Source: Lepidodermella squamata (lineage: Eukaryota; Animalia; Gastrotricha). From it: a DNA stretch of 64,000 nt. Positions within the stretch are counted from its first letter, which is position 1. Each line of letters opens with the position of its first letter. The position numbers and the translations under genes were made by a program. The notes beneath the pieces are model-generated. The model was not told the DNA's origin, ran no database searches, and worked only from the letters and a program-made list of their open reading frames with translations. Of this stretch, positions 1-13,655 are shown one piece after another. The stretch spans positions 62,001 through 126,000 of the forward strand of contig JBLDXI010000023.1 in NCBI GenBank assembly GCA_047495785.1. The letters run 5' to 3'.

Positions 1-159
1 GTTTCTAATACAGAAAATTCACTATATATGTGATGAGTCGAGAAGGGTTCGAAATAATAAAGGTCAGGCCTCAAATAAAGGGCGGTCCCAAATGTAAGAC
101 GGGGTTTTGACTTGATTTGAAAAAAATAAAGAACAGGCCCTACAATTCGGGCAGTACGG
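1..159. mobile_element. Probable right end of a pogo/Tc1-mariner-type MITE cut by the window edge
   Basis: Ends ...GGCCCTACAATTCGGGCAGTACGG followed by TA, the reverse complement of a TA|CCGTA... pogo-like terminus. The other end is not in the window. Confidence 0.3.
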
Positions 160-752
160 TAGTTGTACTTTTTGATACTCGCCTTGTGAGTTAAATGGGG
201 GTTTCGGCTGTTGCGTTTTATTGCACTTCGTTCTCTACTATTATGATTGCACGACGGCCGTGTGGTAAGTGGTAATATGTAAGCGAGCAATCGGCCGCCG
301 AAAATTCAATTCTGTCATTTTGAGAACGCACCACTGTCTGAATTTGGAACTTGAAACGCAGACATTTATGTGAAAACAACTCGCCTACTCTTCAATATAT
401 CAAAGGCTGTTACGAAGCCCGAGTTCTCGTTTCACATCAGGTACAAATACTCACAAATTAAGGTGTTGAATTGCCGATCGGACTGCTCACCTAATCCGGA
501 AAACCAAACGGAAACATTACGCTGAGTGTGAAGTGGTCGGCGACTCGCTAATGGGCCTTGGAGTCAGGCGATGTCTGAGAATAAATGAATCGTGGACCTT
601 CCAATAATAAATGGCGCAGTAGAAAAAAGGATTTTCTTCATGAGGGGGAATGGCATGCGAATGCATCCCATTTCGCCCTCCCCTTCAAATCCGCCGCACC
701 TCTATATCTTCGCTCCCGATCAAGTGTTTAATAACAGACAGTCGCATCAAGT

Positions 753-3737
753 ATGCTTTGTACATCTTTTTCCGTGTATGCGATAATTCTAAGCGCAGCT
801 GCGTATGCTGCGCTGCTCGGCCTCAACGAACCGATGCCGAGCGTCATCGCTTTGGCTGACACCAGCAATTCGACGCGCTCGACTGTTCGCGTGCTGACAA
901 CCATGACGTACACGGGCGTATTCCCGGGCGGGCCGCTGTGCACCGTCGCCACAGAGGCAGCTCTTGTAACTGCGCCAAATGCCGAACTGGCTGCCGGACT
1001 ACAACTTAGAATTCGAGCTCTTCGACGACCAAGTGAGTATACGTCGATATTTGTATGAAACTAAAACTAGTGTCGTGTAACCACGCAGTGCAATGATGGC
1101 TTTGGAGTCAGCGGGGTGGTGCAGCGGTTGCGGTACAACGACGTGGCAGATCACCGCCTGCCGATTTTCATGCCCTCAGAATGCGCCGCACAGGGCCAAG
1201 GTCTCGCGGCCATGGCTTTGCGACATTTCGACGTCATAGGGGTACGTTTATTCATTGGTTGGTACTAAGGCCACGCGAAAGAACATTTCAAGTTGGAAAT
1301 AAGAACCATCGAAATGGCAATAATTGAATCACTTGAACTAGATTCATCAGTTGATGCTTGAAGCATAGCTTTCTCCCGTTTTTTTCAATTGTAACGTATC
1401 CGCAACCTTCGTTTTATAAAGACTCCGTCTTTTACTGTTTCAAAGATTGCCATTTTCCCGCTATCAGTCGATGTGGCTCTCAATCGCAAGAAATTCGACC
1501 ACCTGGTGGCGTTGGGCGAGCAGCCGGACTTTTACTACGCAGCCATGGTCGATTTCGTTGTCGCCATGAACTGGACCCGCGTCGCCGCTCTCTCCGAGAT
1601 CGTACCTCTCTTCAACATTGTAATCTCTTTCATGGCTCTGACGCGCATTCTATCATGTTGTAAGATCTGTTTATTTTCAATAGCTTGATTCGTTCCTGGT
1701 GCAGCACCTGGACAAGCATCACATCCAGCTGATCTACATGGAGCAGATCAGCTTCGAGTTTGACGTGCGGTCGTTCTCGCTCGAGGAATTCCGATCGAGA
1801 GACGCGCGCATCATGGTGATCAGTGTTTTCGAGGGCGCTCTCGCCGCCTGCGTGCTGCATCGCAACGGCTTCCACGGGCGCAAGTTCGTGTTCCTATTCT
1901 TCGGCTGGGACAACATCGGCGAGCCGCCGTATATTCCGCCCGAGGCCGCTGAGTGGTGCACGCGAGACATGGTCTACGAAGTTCTCAAGTCGGTCATCCG
2001 ATTCACAGACACCACCTGGAACACTGTGCTGGGTGACGGGTTTCATGACGTAGCCGGTGGGTCGATGGCTGATCTGTACGCCGAGTTCGATCGAAGAATA
2101 GAGGCCCCGCGTACTTCAACCGGGTTCGACTATTGGCCCGAGATTTGCTACGATCGAACTATTGCTGCCGGCTTGGCGTTGAATCTAACCGAGACCGCCC
2201 TGAAATTGAGTAAGTTCATCCCCATGAAAGTAAATATGTAAATAGCGATGTGATACACACTCAGGGAACGAAACTCTCTCGGATTGGCTGACGGACACTG
2301 ACAAGTTCAAAGTCAACGGGTCGCAATTCGTATCGCTGATGCAGCAGGAACTCATGAAGTTGAAGTTCACGGGTCTGAAGGCGGACTACGAATTCGACAA
2401 AGCGACCCGGCTGCCGAAAACTGTCTTCCCAGTGAGTTTCAGGCAAGCCGTAGTCACCAGCGATTTGAATGTCACCTCGACACTCATCGCAGCAGACTCG
2501 CCTGTGATAAACAGCAACCGTTCCTTGGATTTGAAAAGAAGGGCCATGACCTGGGGCGGTGCTATACCGCGTGATTCATTGCAGGTGCACCGTGTTCTGC
2601 AGCCGTACCTACCCACGGCGACTAATGCTGCACTGAAAGGTTGTCACTTTAACTGAAGTCCATGCAAAATTTATCAAAATTGTGTACCTAATTAATCACA
2701 GCTTTCGCTGGTCTGGCAATACTGGTAATTGTAATTTTGGCCGTTTCGCTGAAATGGGGCAAGCAACTTGGTGGTGGCAGGCCAGGGCGATGTGATTACG
2801 CGATGCTTGCAGGCAACGTACTCATTCTATCGCACGTGCTTGTGCTGCCGATGCAATCAGTCAGTTCGGTCAGCATCAGCTGCTCCATTCAAGCCATGCT
2901 GTGCACTCTGGGCGCATCGCTGAATCTAGCCAGCCTCGCAACACGGCTTGAAGATGAGCTGAACAGCAACCGCTCGACCATTCGACGACTCGATGCGTTT
3001 CTCAAGTTCAAAGGCGCTTTCAGCCTCATTTGGGCGGTGTGCCAAAGTGCTCTCCTCGCTGCGTCGTTGAGCTCGGCCCCGATCAAAGCAACAGCTTCGA
3101 GATTGGCAGTCTTGCGTGAAGACGACGAATCCGCGCTGATGGCGTACCATCTCCAGTGCGAGTTCCAGCCCTTCGCGGCATCGTCACAGCTTTCCTCTGC
3201 GTTTTTCGGCCTCGCCTTGGTCACTAACGCGCTGCTGCTGATCCATAGCGTTCAACTGGCGCTGCGCCGATTGCGGAAGAGGTCAAACGCAGTCGCGGAG
3301 CAAACTACTGTGAATTCTCGTTTCAAATCACGAAATGAAATGATAAAAAAACACTTAACGGTAACAAAGCTATGAATTTTGATTTCTGTTTTTAATTACT
3401 AATGCATGCGATTTTGAAACAGGGAGATCGCGGGCGTGTCAGTTTGATGGCCAATCTAGCCCTGTGCAACTGCGGGCTCGTTGTAGCTGCCACTCTGATA
3501 GCATTCCTCGGCGTGAATGACGCGCGGCACGTCGCGGTCTGTGTGGCCGCTTCATCGCTCTGTTTCGTCGCCTTGAATTCGGCGATACTCGCCGTGAACT
3601 TATACCAGCCAGCGAATCGAGAAAAGCACGATCATGGCCATCATGGCGGTTGGAGAGCTAGATCGCCGTTCAACGGCTCGCCGGCTCATTTCGAATTCCC
3701 CGACCATACATCGACACTTCGATGTGACTCTAAGTAG
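753..3737 (+). pseudogene. GABA-B-like class C GPCR, subfamily A, copy A1; frameshift in exon 1 (pseudogene or sequencing error)
   Basis: Exons ~753-1032, 1089-1240, ~1446-1619, 1684-2209, 2264-2639, 2702-3309, 3424-3737 with GT-AG introns. Motifs FPGGPLCTVA, NWLPDY..FDDQ|CNDG, MNWTRVA, RDARI, FFGW, EICYD, FTGL and seven hydrophobic helices match the GABA-B VFT+7TM layout. About 2 nt are missing near 965-970 relative to paralogs A2/A4 (LDNLR), shifting the frame. Confidence 0.8.
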
Positions 3738-4200
3738 CTTCTCTCCGTTCTCTATGTTGTTATACACACCCTAAATACACTTCTGAAAGCTCGGTACCCT
3801 CGGGCTTGCATACACTTGCATTTCGAACGGCTTATTTAAATAAAGCATGATAATTAAAATTCATATATATTTAACCGATGCTTAACATGCGCCATCATTT
3901 CAACACAAAATGCGTAAACAAGTCATTTTACTGGGCTTAGTTTTATCCCAATCAGCCCCAAGCTGACCGAGCCTGATGGCCTCTGGCTGTCGCCGTGGAG
4001 CTAGCTTCGATATTACAGATATACTTGACGTCAGATGTAAGGCTAAATAGCTGCTAATTACGGCTCCCTGACGTCAAGCATTCACCGCCAGCAGAGATTG
4101 CAAATAGTTGGCACGTCATCATCATCATCATCGCTCAGCATATCATCTGTAGTGTATTCCCAGTTGTGTCCTTATCTCTTACAGATGCTCAGATGAAAAA

Positions 4201-7200
4201 ATGATGTTACCAAAGCTGCCTATTCTCGCCAGCTTCACCGCTTTATTACAATCAGCGTGCCTCTACTCAGTGCGCGCGAAATTGAATATGACAGAACCCA
4301 TGCCGGAGCTAGTCGTTTCCCCACGCGAGCAGGCTGCGAATCGAACGCTCATTAAAATAGCAGCGAGTCTGACTTACAGCGGGCTGTTCGGATCCGGGCC
4401 GATCTGCACTGTTGCAACCATTTCAGCGCTCGACAATCTGAGGAAGCAGAGCAACTGGCTGCCTGATTACCAAGTAGGTTTCGGGTTCTTCGACGATGTC
4501 GTAAGTTTGCAACGCTTCAACCATGGCTTTGTATTTTCTAATTTCTTGAAGTGTGACAACGGCCCGGCTTTCAATGGGCTGATGCAGCGAATTCGAGCAA
4601 GTGACACGGCTGAGAATCAGTTCCCACTCGTGTTGCTCAGCGAATGCATCGACCAAGCTCAAATTCTTTCTAGCATGGCCTTGCAGTACGTAGACTTCAT
4701 CGGCGTAAGTCGTATTAGTCGTCAATCGGTCAAAATCCTGGTTTTATTCTTGTTAAAATAAAGATGGCCGGCCTGCCGTTGATAATCGAGCAAGTTACCA
4801 ACAGGCACCGCTATCGAAATTTCTTCGCTTTTGGCGAACAACCGGATTTCTACTACCCGGCACTCGTGCAGTACCTGTTGGCTATGAACTGGCGAAAGGT
4901 CGGCATTTTATCCGAGACGGCGATGTATTTTACGCTGGTAAGCATGTCCACCACTTATTCTTCAGAACCTAATAGCGTGTCGAGATGAAATAGCATAGAC
5001 AATAATATCAGATCGGAAACTTACAGTTCTCCTATAGCGTACAATTGCATCAGATGTCAGAAGGGATTAGCGAACCTGCTTGCCTAATTTTCACGCTCTT
5101 TTAACGCTCGCATACACTTGCATTGAAAAATGATCGATTTTGAGGATCGATTTCACAATCTGGTTAGTGATCTTAATTCCTTTAAAAATTAGACCTTGCA
5201 GGGAATTTCGCGGGCTGTCAGAATCATTAAATTTTATTTCAGCACCAATTTCGGTTGATTTTCTACTACATTTTGAAAACAATCATTTTCAGTTTTCAGC
5301 AAAACTGCCAAAGTGGCTCAAGTTTGCGGGCGGAAGTTTTATATGCTTCAATTGTATTATAATATATTTTATTTAAATATAACTGTTGCACTCATCAGAT
5401 GGACAATTACCTGGGTAAGCACTTGGACGATCATGGTATCCAGCTGCTGTACCTTGAGAAGATCGATTTCAGCATTAGCTTGGATGGCTACACTCTAGAA
5501 GAGTTCGCATCGCGAGACCCTCGCATAATTATCGTACAGGTGTATTACGGAACCCTCGCAGCGTGCATTCTACACCGTGCAGGCTTCCACGGGCCAAAGT
5601 ACGTGTTTTTCTTCTACGGCTGGGACAACATTGGCAAGAGCCCGGAAGTGCCGCCCGAAGCTGCAGATTGGTGTACACAGGAGATGATTTTGCAAGTCGC
5701 CGCCAGTGTCATCCGATACACTGATACCAACTGGAATTTGGTGTATGGACCCAATTTCACAGACTCCACCGGGCAGTCGATGGATGGCCTGAAGAATACT
5801 CTTGAGCAGGAGATCTTTGACCCTCAGGCGACGCTAAGCTACGACTACTGGCCTGAGCTGTGCTATGACAGGGCTGTGGCAGTTGGCATAGCCCTAAATC
5901 TGACTGAGGCAGAGTTGCGCAAAAGTGAGCTATTATTCTCGAATTCCGATTTTTCATTTTCAAAGACGAAAATTTAACAGGAAACCAAACTCTGTCGGAT
6001 TGGTTTACAAATAGGGAACTTTTTCAATCCCGTGGATATGAACTCGCGAGTTTGATGCGCAGCGTAATGGCTACCATTGAATTTGTCGGTTTGAAAGCAA
6101 ATTACGCATTCGAGGAGGCAACAGGCGAGTCCAAGACGAAATTCCCGGTTACGTTCAGCCAAACCGTGGCCCAAGGCAGCACGAGCTACTACGTCCCAGT
6201 CGCTTTCGCGGTGCCAGCCGGCGGGGCGAAAAAGCGACTTGTTGCGTCGCAATTCGCGACTGCCAACTGGCGAACAATCGGCAACGTTCCGCCGGTAGAT
6301 TCGCTCAGAATTATCCGAATTTTGGAAAGGCCCGTGCCATTGCCAGCTAACGTTGTTCTCAAAGGTGAGTCTCATTTCCTGATTTGTTTCAATAAGACAG
6401 TGTACGAAGTTGAGGTTGCATACATGGGATAGGGGAGAATGGGTGTACCCCCAGCTGGAGAGGTTCGGGCAAGACTTTAATACCAAGTTAGGGAGAGAGC
6501 AATCAAGATCTCCAGTTGGCGAAATCAAAATGGAAACTCCCCAAAAAACCAAATGGGCCCGAAAATACCCCTAATTCGAGGATCATACCACACGCACCTG
6601 TGGTACCCTTTTGGGTAGCGAGTATAGGGCCAACATGCGCGAAATACCGACACGAAAACCCTATTTCGTACACTGTCTCCAGATACCTTTCTGTTTGCTA
6701 TTTGTTTCAACGATCCTTTTGTTTTTCCTAAATCATTCAGTGTTGAGTAGTTTGCTTATGATCGCTGTGTTCAGCTGCTTTATCGCGATACGATACGTAA
6801 AACTTTCAGAACTCTCCAACAGCGTCATCAGCAGCGAGCAGCGGCGAGTAAGGGCATCACGCAATAAATTGCTCGATGGATCACTTATAGCCGTGGGGAA
6901 TGCCCTTATTCTCGCGAATGTTCTCGCTATCCCGGTCGATGCGACGAACAAGATTGCCAGGAACTGCACAGTTGCCGCCGTGCTGTGCCAGCTCGGCTTC
7001 AGCCTCAGCCTGGCAGGCGTCGCCAGTCAGATGAGCCGCGAATATTGCCGCAAAGGCGCACTCCTCACCGCACTGCCCGTGAACTGGTTCAACCGAAAAT
7101 TTCACTCGCGAGCAAGCTTCACCATGTCGTGGGCGATTCTTCACGGCGTCCTGTTAGCTATTGCCTTGTTGATTTCGCCGATCAGAGTCGCCGACGTCGA

Positions 7201-7764
7201 GTTGCCACTTCGATCTCTAACGTCCGACTACAACGTCGCGATATCGCCGCACAGGTTCGACTGCGAATGGCCGCTGCTGTTCGACGCATCGCACGGGCTG
7301 GATCTGTTAGGCATCTCCATTTGCCTGCATTCACTACTAATTCTACATCTGATCCACTTGTCGCTGTCCATGCTCCGATTTCAGGCTAAAGCAGCCCAGA
7401 AGAAATTCCTTATGGCGGCTATGCGTCAACTTGTCACAGTGAGTGTAAAGCAGTTAGTTGTTGGTTATGAGAACTTGTTTACTGTTCTTACTTCTTACAG
7501 ATCACAATCATGACAAGGACATCAATTCGTCGCACTTTTGCGGCGCGAAAGTGGATGAGCAGAGGCACGTACATGCCGGCTAATTTCGTGTTCTGCGCTA
7601 GTACCGCCCTGCTCGCAGGCGTGCTCGTCGCTCTCTTAGACTCGAGCAGCATGCCGCATCTGCTGATCACGCAAGCCGTCACGTCGCTCGCCTTCGTTGC
7701 CCTCAGCCTCGGTCTGCTTTTCGCCCCAGAGATGATCTTTAATCACAGGCTCTACGGTGACTAA
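4201..7764 (+). CDS. GABA-B-like class C GPCR, subfamily A, copy A2 (apparently intact, 7 exons)
   Basis: Exons 4201-4500, 4552-4704, 4764-4937, 5399-5924, 5981-6364, 6741-7438, 7501-7764 at the same intron positions and phases as A1. Signal peptide, VFT motifs (GPICTVA, FDDV|CDNG, RDPRII, FYGWDNIG, WPELCYD) and 7TM with TM3 Cys and ECL2 Cys. Confidence 0.88.
6395..6678. mobile_element. Small inverted-repeat element (MITE-like) in an A2 intron
   Basis: 14-bp perfect inverted repeat AGACAGTGTACGAA (6395-6408) / TTCGTACACTGTCT (6665-6678) containing CAGTG...CACTG. It enlarges an intron that is about 60 nt in paralogs. No clear TSD. Confidence 0.45.
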
Positions 7765-8435
7765 TAAACAAAGAGCCGGTATTAAGCGTTCTTTCATTAA
7801 ATCAACTCGTATCTAAGTCAGTCGCAAGTTCAATGGCGCTTATAACTTCGCCTCCTCCTGTTCGGCATTATTTGTCGAGAGGGAGTGACGCGCCAGCCAT
7901 GCCGCATGAGCCAAAGCGGATTCGCCTTTCAAGTAGCGCACAGACCTCAGACAATTTGACCGATATTATGATTGCCTGTAACCAATCTCACCAAGTGTCT
8001 GAGAAGCTATAGTAAGGCAGTGACAGTTTACTAATATAGTATGAAATGTGGACTTTTAGGTATTTAGCAACTTGAATCTGGTGGTCTAACAGAACACGAC
8101 ACAGCATCCTCAGTCCTCATCAGGTTTCATGCTGTTCTGACATTTGCATGAAGCAAAATAGACAATAAAAATTAAGTTCAACCTGGAAAACGTTTAGAAT
8201 ATTCGGGGGCTATTCCCTGATTAGCACTGGACACAATGGACAGTTTATTCACTGCGTATTCTTATCTGGCTTTCTTATACACGCATGAAGAACGCAGAGA
8301 AGGTATGCTATTCTAGTAGGCGTGATACGAAAATCGGCAAAAAGATAAGGAATGTTATCAATTACACCTATATATCCCACCCAGTGGTACTAATTCCTAG
8401 TGGAGTAAGTGTGTTTTCCTGTGCTTCCTCAGTCC

Positions 8436-10545
8436 ATGAATTACGCTAAAATGAACGCTTCTGTTTCGCTGTCCTCGACCGCTCGTAGCGACTTCGAAAT
8501 GGAAGTAGAATCGCCATCAGGCGATAAATGCTACTTGCGACGCGGCATCAACATGATAACTGAACAGCCAGTGCATGAACCGTCCGTCTTCAACTGGATG
8601 CACGTTCTCGTCGTTTTCCTGTGCGCTGGCCTCACGTACGGCGCTGTTCTCATCGAAGTATCAACGCTTCCTGGTGTACCCGATCCGACATCGAAATTCG
8701 GCATTCCAGCTGCAAATATCGACAATTATTTGCTTGATACTGATCAATTTGTAACAGCTCGCACGAGGAAGTCTCTGAACTCAATCACCGCCTTTGGACC
8801 TAGGCCTGCTAGGTCTGATGCGGCTGAAAATACAGTCCAGTTCTTCAATTCTTACCTAACAAATCTAGCTAAGCTGCTACCTGCAGGTAGCCCGCATCGA
8901 TTTTCTTACGCTGTTCGACCGAGATCTTCAAACAATCAGGGTATGATGAACGTGGTCGCCAAAGTTGAATCGAATGCTTTGAAATCGGACTCCTCCATCC
9001 TTGTCAGCTGCCACTATGATTCCGTTGCTAAGGTAAAGCTGTAAACAATGTAGTAAATTGGCCTAATCCGTTGTCCAATTTTTTTAGGCTCCTGGAGCAG
9101 GCGATGATGCTCTCAACTGCGCAATTATGATGGAAATGATCCGAGCCCTCCTGTCATCAAGCACCCCTGTCTCACAGCCCATCATTTTCCTATTCAATGA
9201 AGGCGAGGAGAATCGCATGCTGGGAGCCAAGGCATTTGTCCAAACAGACCCATGGCGGACGAATATCAAAACCTTCATCAATTTAGATGCGGCTGGCAGC
9301 GGTGGTCGCGAAGTTCTGTTTCAAAGCGGACCCGGAGCTGATACAAATCGAGTGATTGAGGCTTACAGCAAAGGCGTGACCTACCCATTTGCGACAGTGA
9401 TCGCGCAAGAAATCTACGCATCTGGCGTAATCCCGTCTTACACTGACTACGAAACTTACACTCAAGACGGCAAGTGGCCGGGCATCGACATCGCCTATTA
9501 CTCAAATGGTTACGTCTACCATACGCCATACGATACGCCAGACCGCATTCCAGACGGGACGATCCAGCGATGCGGGACTAACATTCTAGGAATCGCTAAA
9601 TATCTAGCGAGCGATGCCGAACTCGACAGTTATTCAAATTTGGACATTGCGTCAACGTCGGCGGACCAGAAAGTTGTGTATTTCGACATTTTCGGCCTTT
9701 CGATGGCCGTTTACGACTTTGCAACAGCTGGCTACGCTATCAACAGCCTGGGCATCATTTTCGTCTTCGCTAGAATCATCGTTCGATGTGCTGTGACGCG
9801 GCTGAGTTACTTGAAGACGTTTTCCTTAGTGCTGGTAGCTCAAATCCTAACACTTGTGATTCCTGGCGGCATTCTAGTCATGACAGGGTACTTGCTGCAA
9901 TCGGGTGGCGCGGGTAGCGGCTTTTGGTACGCCCGGCCTTGGATGCTGCTCTTCATCCATGTTTTCCCGGCTATTACACTCGGCGTTCTTATTCACGCTC
10001 TCATCTTCCGCTTCATCATCGCGAGATTCGAGGCAGACGTCCAAAATGCTCACGATGCAGCAATCGACGTTGCCATGGTGATTTGCAGCATTCTAGTGGC
10101 AGCTGCGACTGGCCTCGGCTATGCGAGCGGGTACATTTTCGCCATTTTCTGGGTCTGGTGGCCGTTGATTTTCGACTCGATGGGCGTCGCATTCCAGAAG
10201 TTGGTTCTCGCCCCGAAACCCTTCTCAAATTGGGTGCTCGCGACCGTTGCCTCGCTTCGCCACTTCATAACAACGTTCGTGCCTACGTTTTACTACTTCT
10301 ACGTCATGAGCATCCTGCTGGACACGATGGTGCCGATAGCCGGCCGGTCGGGTGAGGTCGACCCGTCCTACGAATTGATTATCGCCGGTATTGTTGCGCT
10401 GATGACGCTGTTCCCGCTCATGTTCCACTCGGCTACTGTCCACCTCGCGGCAGGGCGTGTTGTTCACTTTTTACTCCTAGCTTTGCTGCTTATTATCATT
10501 GGCGTCATCATGCTTTTCTCACTTCCCGCAGCCTCGCCCTACTAA
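8436..10545 (+). CDS. ERMP1: ERMP1-like M28 membrane metallopeptidase, copy 1 (2 exons, ~684 aa, lacks the C-terminal luminal domain)
   Basis: Exons 8436-9032 and 9088-10545 (55-nt intron). N-terminal TM, then M28 motifs SCHYDSV, APGAGDD, FLFNEGEE, FINLDAAGSGGRE.LFQ.GP, G.IPS.TDY, PGIDIAY..NGYVYHT.YD and VYFD, followed by a multi-TM block. Confidence 0.9.
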
Positions 10546-10809
10546 ATACACAGTTCAACACGTTTTGTTGGCATCAGGAAACCTGTTGACACGACTACTG
10601 TATTGATACATATTATATGAATAAAGAATCAATTATACTTATACTTGTACGGCTATCCGATTGGAGTCTGAATAGACATTTTTTCATGCGTTCGAGAGTC
10701 GTAATTTGACTATTTCATTGTAAAATAGCCCTATTTGAATCATTCTCGCTTTTCCCTTGCATGCGAAAGCGCCACGGGGATGAACCGAACAGAACGCTCT
10801 GCTGTTCTT

Positions 10810-13655
10810 TCACTTTGTCACGTCTCGCCGATTTGTTTTGATCGAATCAGCGATGAAAACGTGCGGCCTGGGACTAGCTGACGAGATGTCACGTTGAACG
10901 TGTGGTTTCGTCTTTAGAAACGGGCGCATCAGCCATTTACTATCAACTAAAGCCGTGTGCAGCGCGCAGTAACTCAGTGCTATGCATGAGATACTGAGCT
11001 GAAGAGCCATATCGCTGCCAGCAACCAAAACCACGATGAGCAGGCCGCCTAGCATGGTCAGCACCTGCAGCTGCGCGCAGCGAATGGCCGGTTGCAGGTC
11101 GATGATAATTTGCCGAAACAGCCGCCGGGGTTTCGCGTGTTTACACTTCTGAGGAAATACACAAATGTTAGTGTATAAGTCCCGAAAAAGCTCAGACACT
11201 GATTACAGCCGAGAAAATGAACTTATTGCTACTTACAACATGAACGTCGTAGACTTTGAAGCAGAGCAGAAGCCACACAAGAACGTGGGATGTCATTATT
11301 GCAGCAACGAGGCCAAGCGTGACCGCGTGATCCCAATCTAAACGAGTGACGTGCATGTACGGAAGGTAGGCGACACCCTGGTCTTGCGAGTAGTACCTCG
11401 GCAGCTCGACGGTCTCGCCACCACTCACGATGGACGAGTCGTGAAGCAGGGCGCTGACGAGCGCGATGTTCATAGCCATCCACGGAATGGCAATAACGAG
11501 CAGGCTCGGCAGCGGCCGTTGAGCACAACGCGATTCGAGCCACCGGCCAGCTCGCAGGAACTTGACGAAGCATCCCGAAAGACTTGCGCTCAGGCCAACA
11601 CTCAGCAAAAAGCCTGCAGCCGCGTTGTGGCTGTTCACACTCACAGCTGACTGCTCGCTGGAGCTGTACGCCACAGGAGCGTGGCAAAGCATCAAGGCGG
11701 TGGCAAACCGAATGAAACCGTCCTCGGTTGCGCTGCCAAACCGCGTTTGATCACTTATACTGTATCGCCAGCTTAGCCGCGCAATCAATAAATTGAGCAG
11801 CAGAAGTAGAGCAGAGATTCCTGCGGGGGAGTTACGTTAAGTTAGCTAATAAGTGTGTCAAAGATGAAAAGGCTCACCGATCATAACTGTTCTCGCGACA
11901 TTATTGATGTAGTGCAAGGCAACTCGTTCGATTCGGACGCTATCAAGCGGCAGATAGCCCACTGGGCGGCCCCGCCACACAGGTCCACCATTCAGAGGCA
12001 TCACGGCTGTATCTGACGAGTGGAAGTATGCGATCACTATCTTTGCCAGACTGCTGTTGACGTAGCGCATCTGCGAGAAAGCCATGCTGTAGCCGAGCGT
12101 ATTACGCGACGTCTGTCGATCGAATGCGAAAGCGCCTTTGCTGCCATTGACTCGAAGCGAACTCACTGCGTCTTTCATGAGACCCTGCAAAACTTTGCCA
12201 CGTTGCTCGAAATTCGGAGATTGCGTTGTCCAATCAGCGAGTGTTGAGTTGTATCGCTGCCTGAGCAGCTGCTCGAAGCGGTCGACGGCAAATCCAGCGA
12301 ATTGAGCCACTTCGTAGCAATCGCCCGGCCACACTGCGTAGCCTGGAGCTTGTTTCGCATCGTACACCTTCGCGTCCATAGCCGTCGCAAAATCTGCGGC
12401 GTTGACTCCGAGATCGTCGCGGTAACTCGGCCCGTAAATGTCGCTTTGGCGCGCGTAAGAAACGAATAGCCAACTCTCGACAACTTCCTCCAGCATTGCT
12501 CTCGTGCACCACGACTTGACGTAGTCAGGGATCGTGGCTGTCACCGGATCAAAGATGCTCCAGTCGCTGGCTAGGATGACGTAACTCGGGCCGTACATGC
12601 CGTATCGATGCAGCCAGCAAGCCACGCTAATCGGTGCGTTTGTGTTCGACAGGATAATTCGAGGCTCAGCGTGACGCATGGCACGCATTGCCGAAGACAT
12701 CTCGACGGAATCCTGCGACAGGAACGTCACTTTGCCCAGCCACACCACGCTGATATTCAAGCGCTCCAGCATGGGAAGCGTGTACTTTTCAGCCTGTGAA
12801 TGAAAAGAATATAAACATCTTTCCGGCAAGAACGGAGAACACAAGTTTTATAAATGTTAGGAACTTTTTCAAGGGCCTTATAGCGGCCAAAGCCACTCCA
12901 TAATTAGCTGATTGTACTAACATCGTTGAAATAGGGCAGATCTTCGGAGAAAATGGCGAGGCGGTTCCAGCCGTAGTGCAGCATCAAGTAGGCGAGTGCG
13001 TCGTACTGCACGATGGGCGCGTAGAACAGCTGGTAGACGGCGTCGAAGCGGCCCGGTTGTGACAGTGCAGCTTCATTCTGCATGTAAACTGTCACTGCGG
13101 TCATGTTTAGTTGCTTCAGCGCCTGGGCGATGACTGACTGGCCAACTGTTGCGCACCAGCCAGTGATCACGAGGGGCACACGGTCGGTTTGCTCGCCGTT
13201 CAGCAGTTCACGCATCGTTCTGTCAATAGCCGCAGCGTCATCGCACTAAGTATTCAAAATAATTTCTATAGCAGGGAGCTATATAGAAAGGGAGCTTTTG
13301 GCTCTTCGCAAATTACAAGGTCGTCAATGACTTGAATTTCGAGGTCGTAGCCGTCAAGCCACGGCTTTGCGGCGCGGTTCGCCTCGAACTGATCCAACGC
13401 GACTTCAATAGCCTTTGTGCACAGCGGACCGACTGGGAAACTGGAACCGCCGTAGTTGAGATGAGCGAGAATGCTCAACGTAACACGGCCAGGTGAAGCA
13501 TTCGCCGACTGGTCACCGGCTGTTCGGGATTTCACGAGGCCTACAGATTGCAGGCTGGCGTTGGCGTAAACTTTTTCACCCAAGCAAAAGCGAATGCTTG
13601 TAGCGACGCAGTAGAAAATCGCAATGGACAGTAGCATAATTTTTAAAATTTTCAT
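10810..13655 (-). CDS. GABA-B-like class C GPCR, subfamily B, copy B1 (apparently intact, 5 exons)
   Basis: Minus-strand exons 13655-13317, 13245-12922, 12793-11878, 11820-11237, 11148-10810 with GT-AG introns. Signal peptide, HLNYGG..FPVGPLCTKA, IDDL|CDD, YGWNRLAIFSE, EPRII, GDCYE, NGSKG.F.FD and 7TM. Confidence 0.88.

Noticed and set aside
256-300. tRNA-derived SINE head (GGCCGTGTGGTAAGTGGTAA)
   Set aside because: A-box-like start only; no B box or second copy found in the window.
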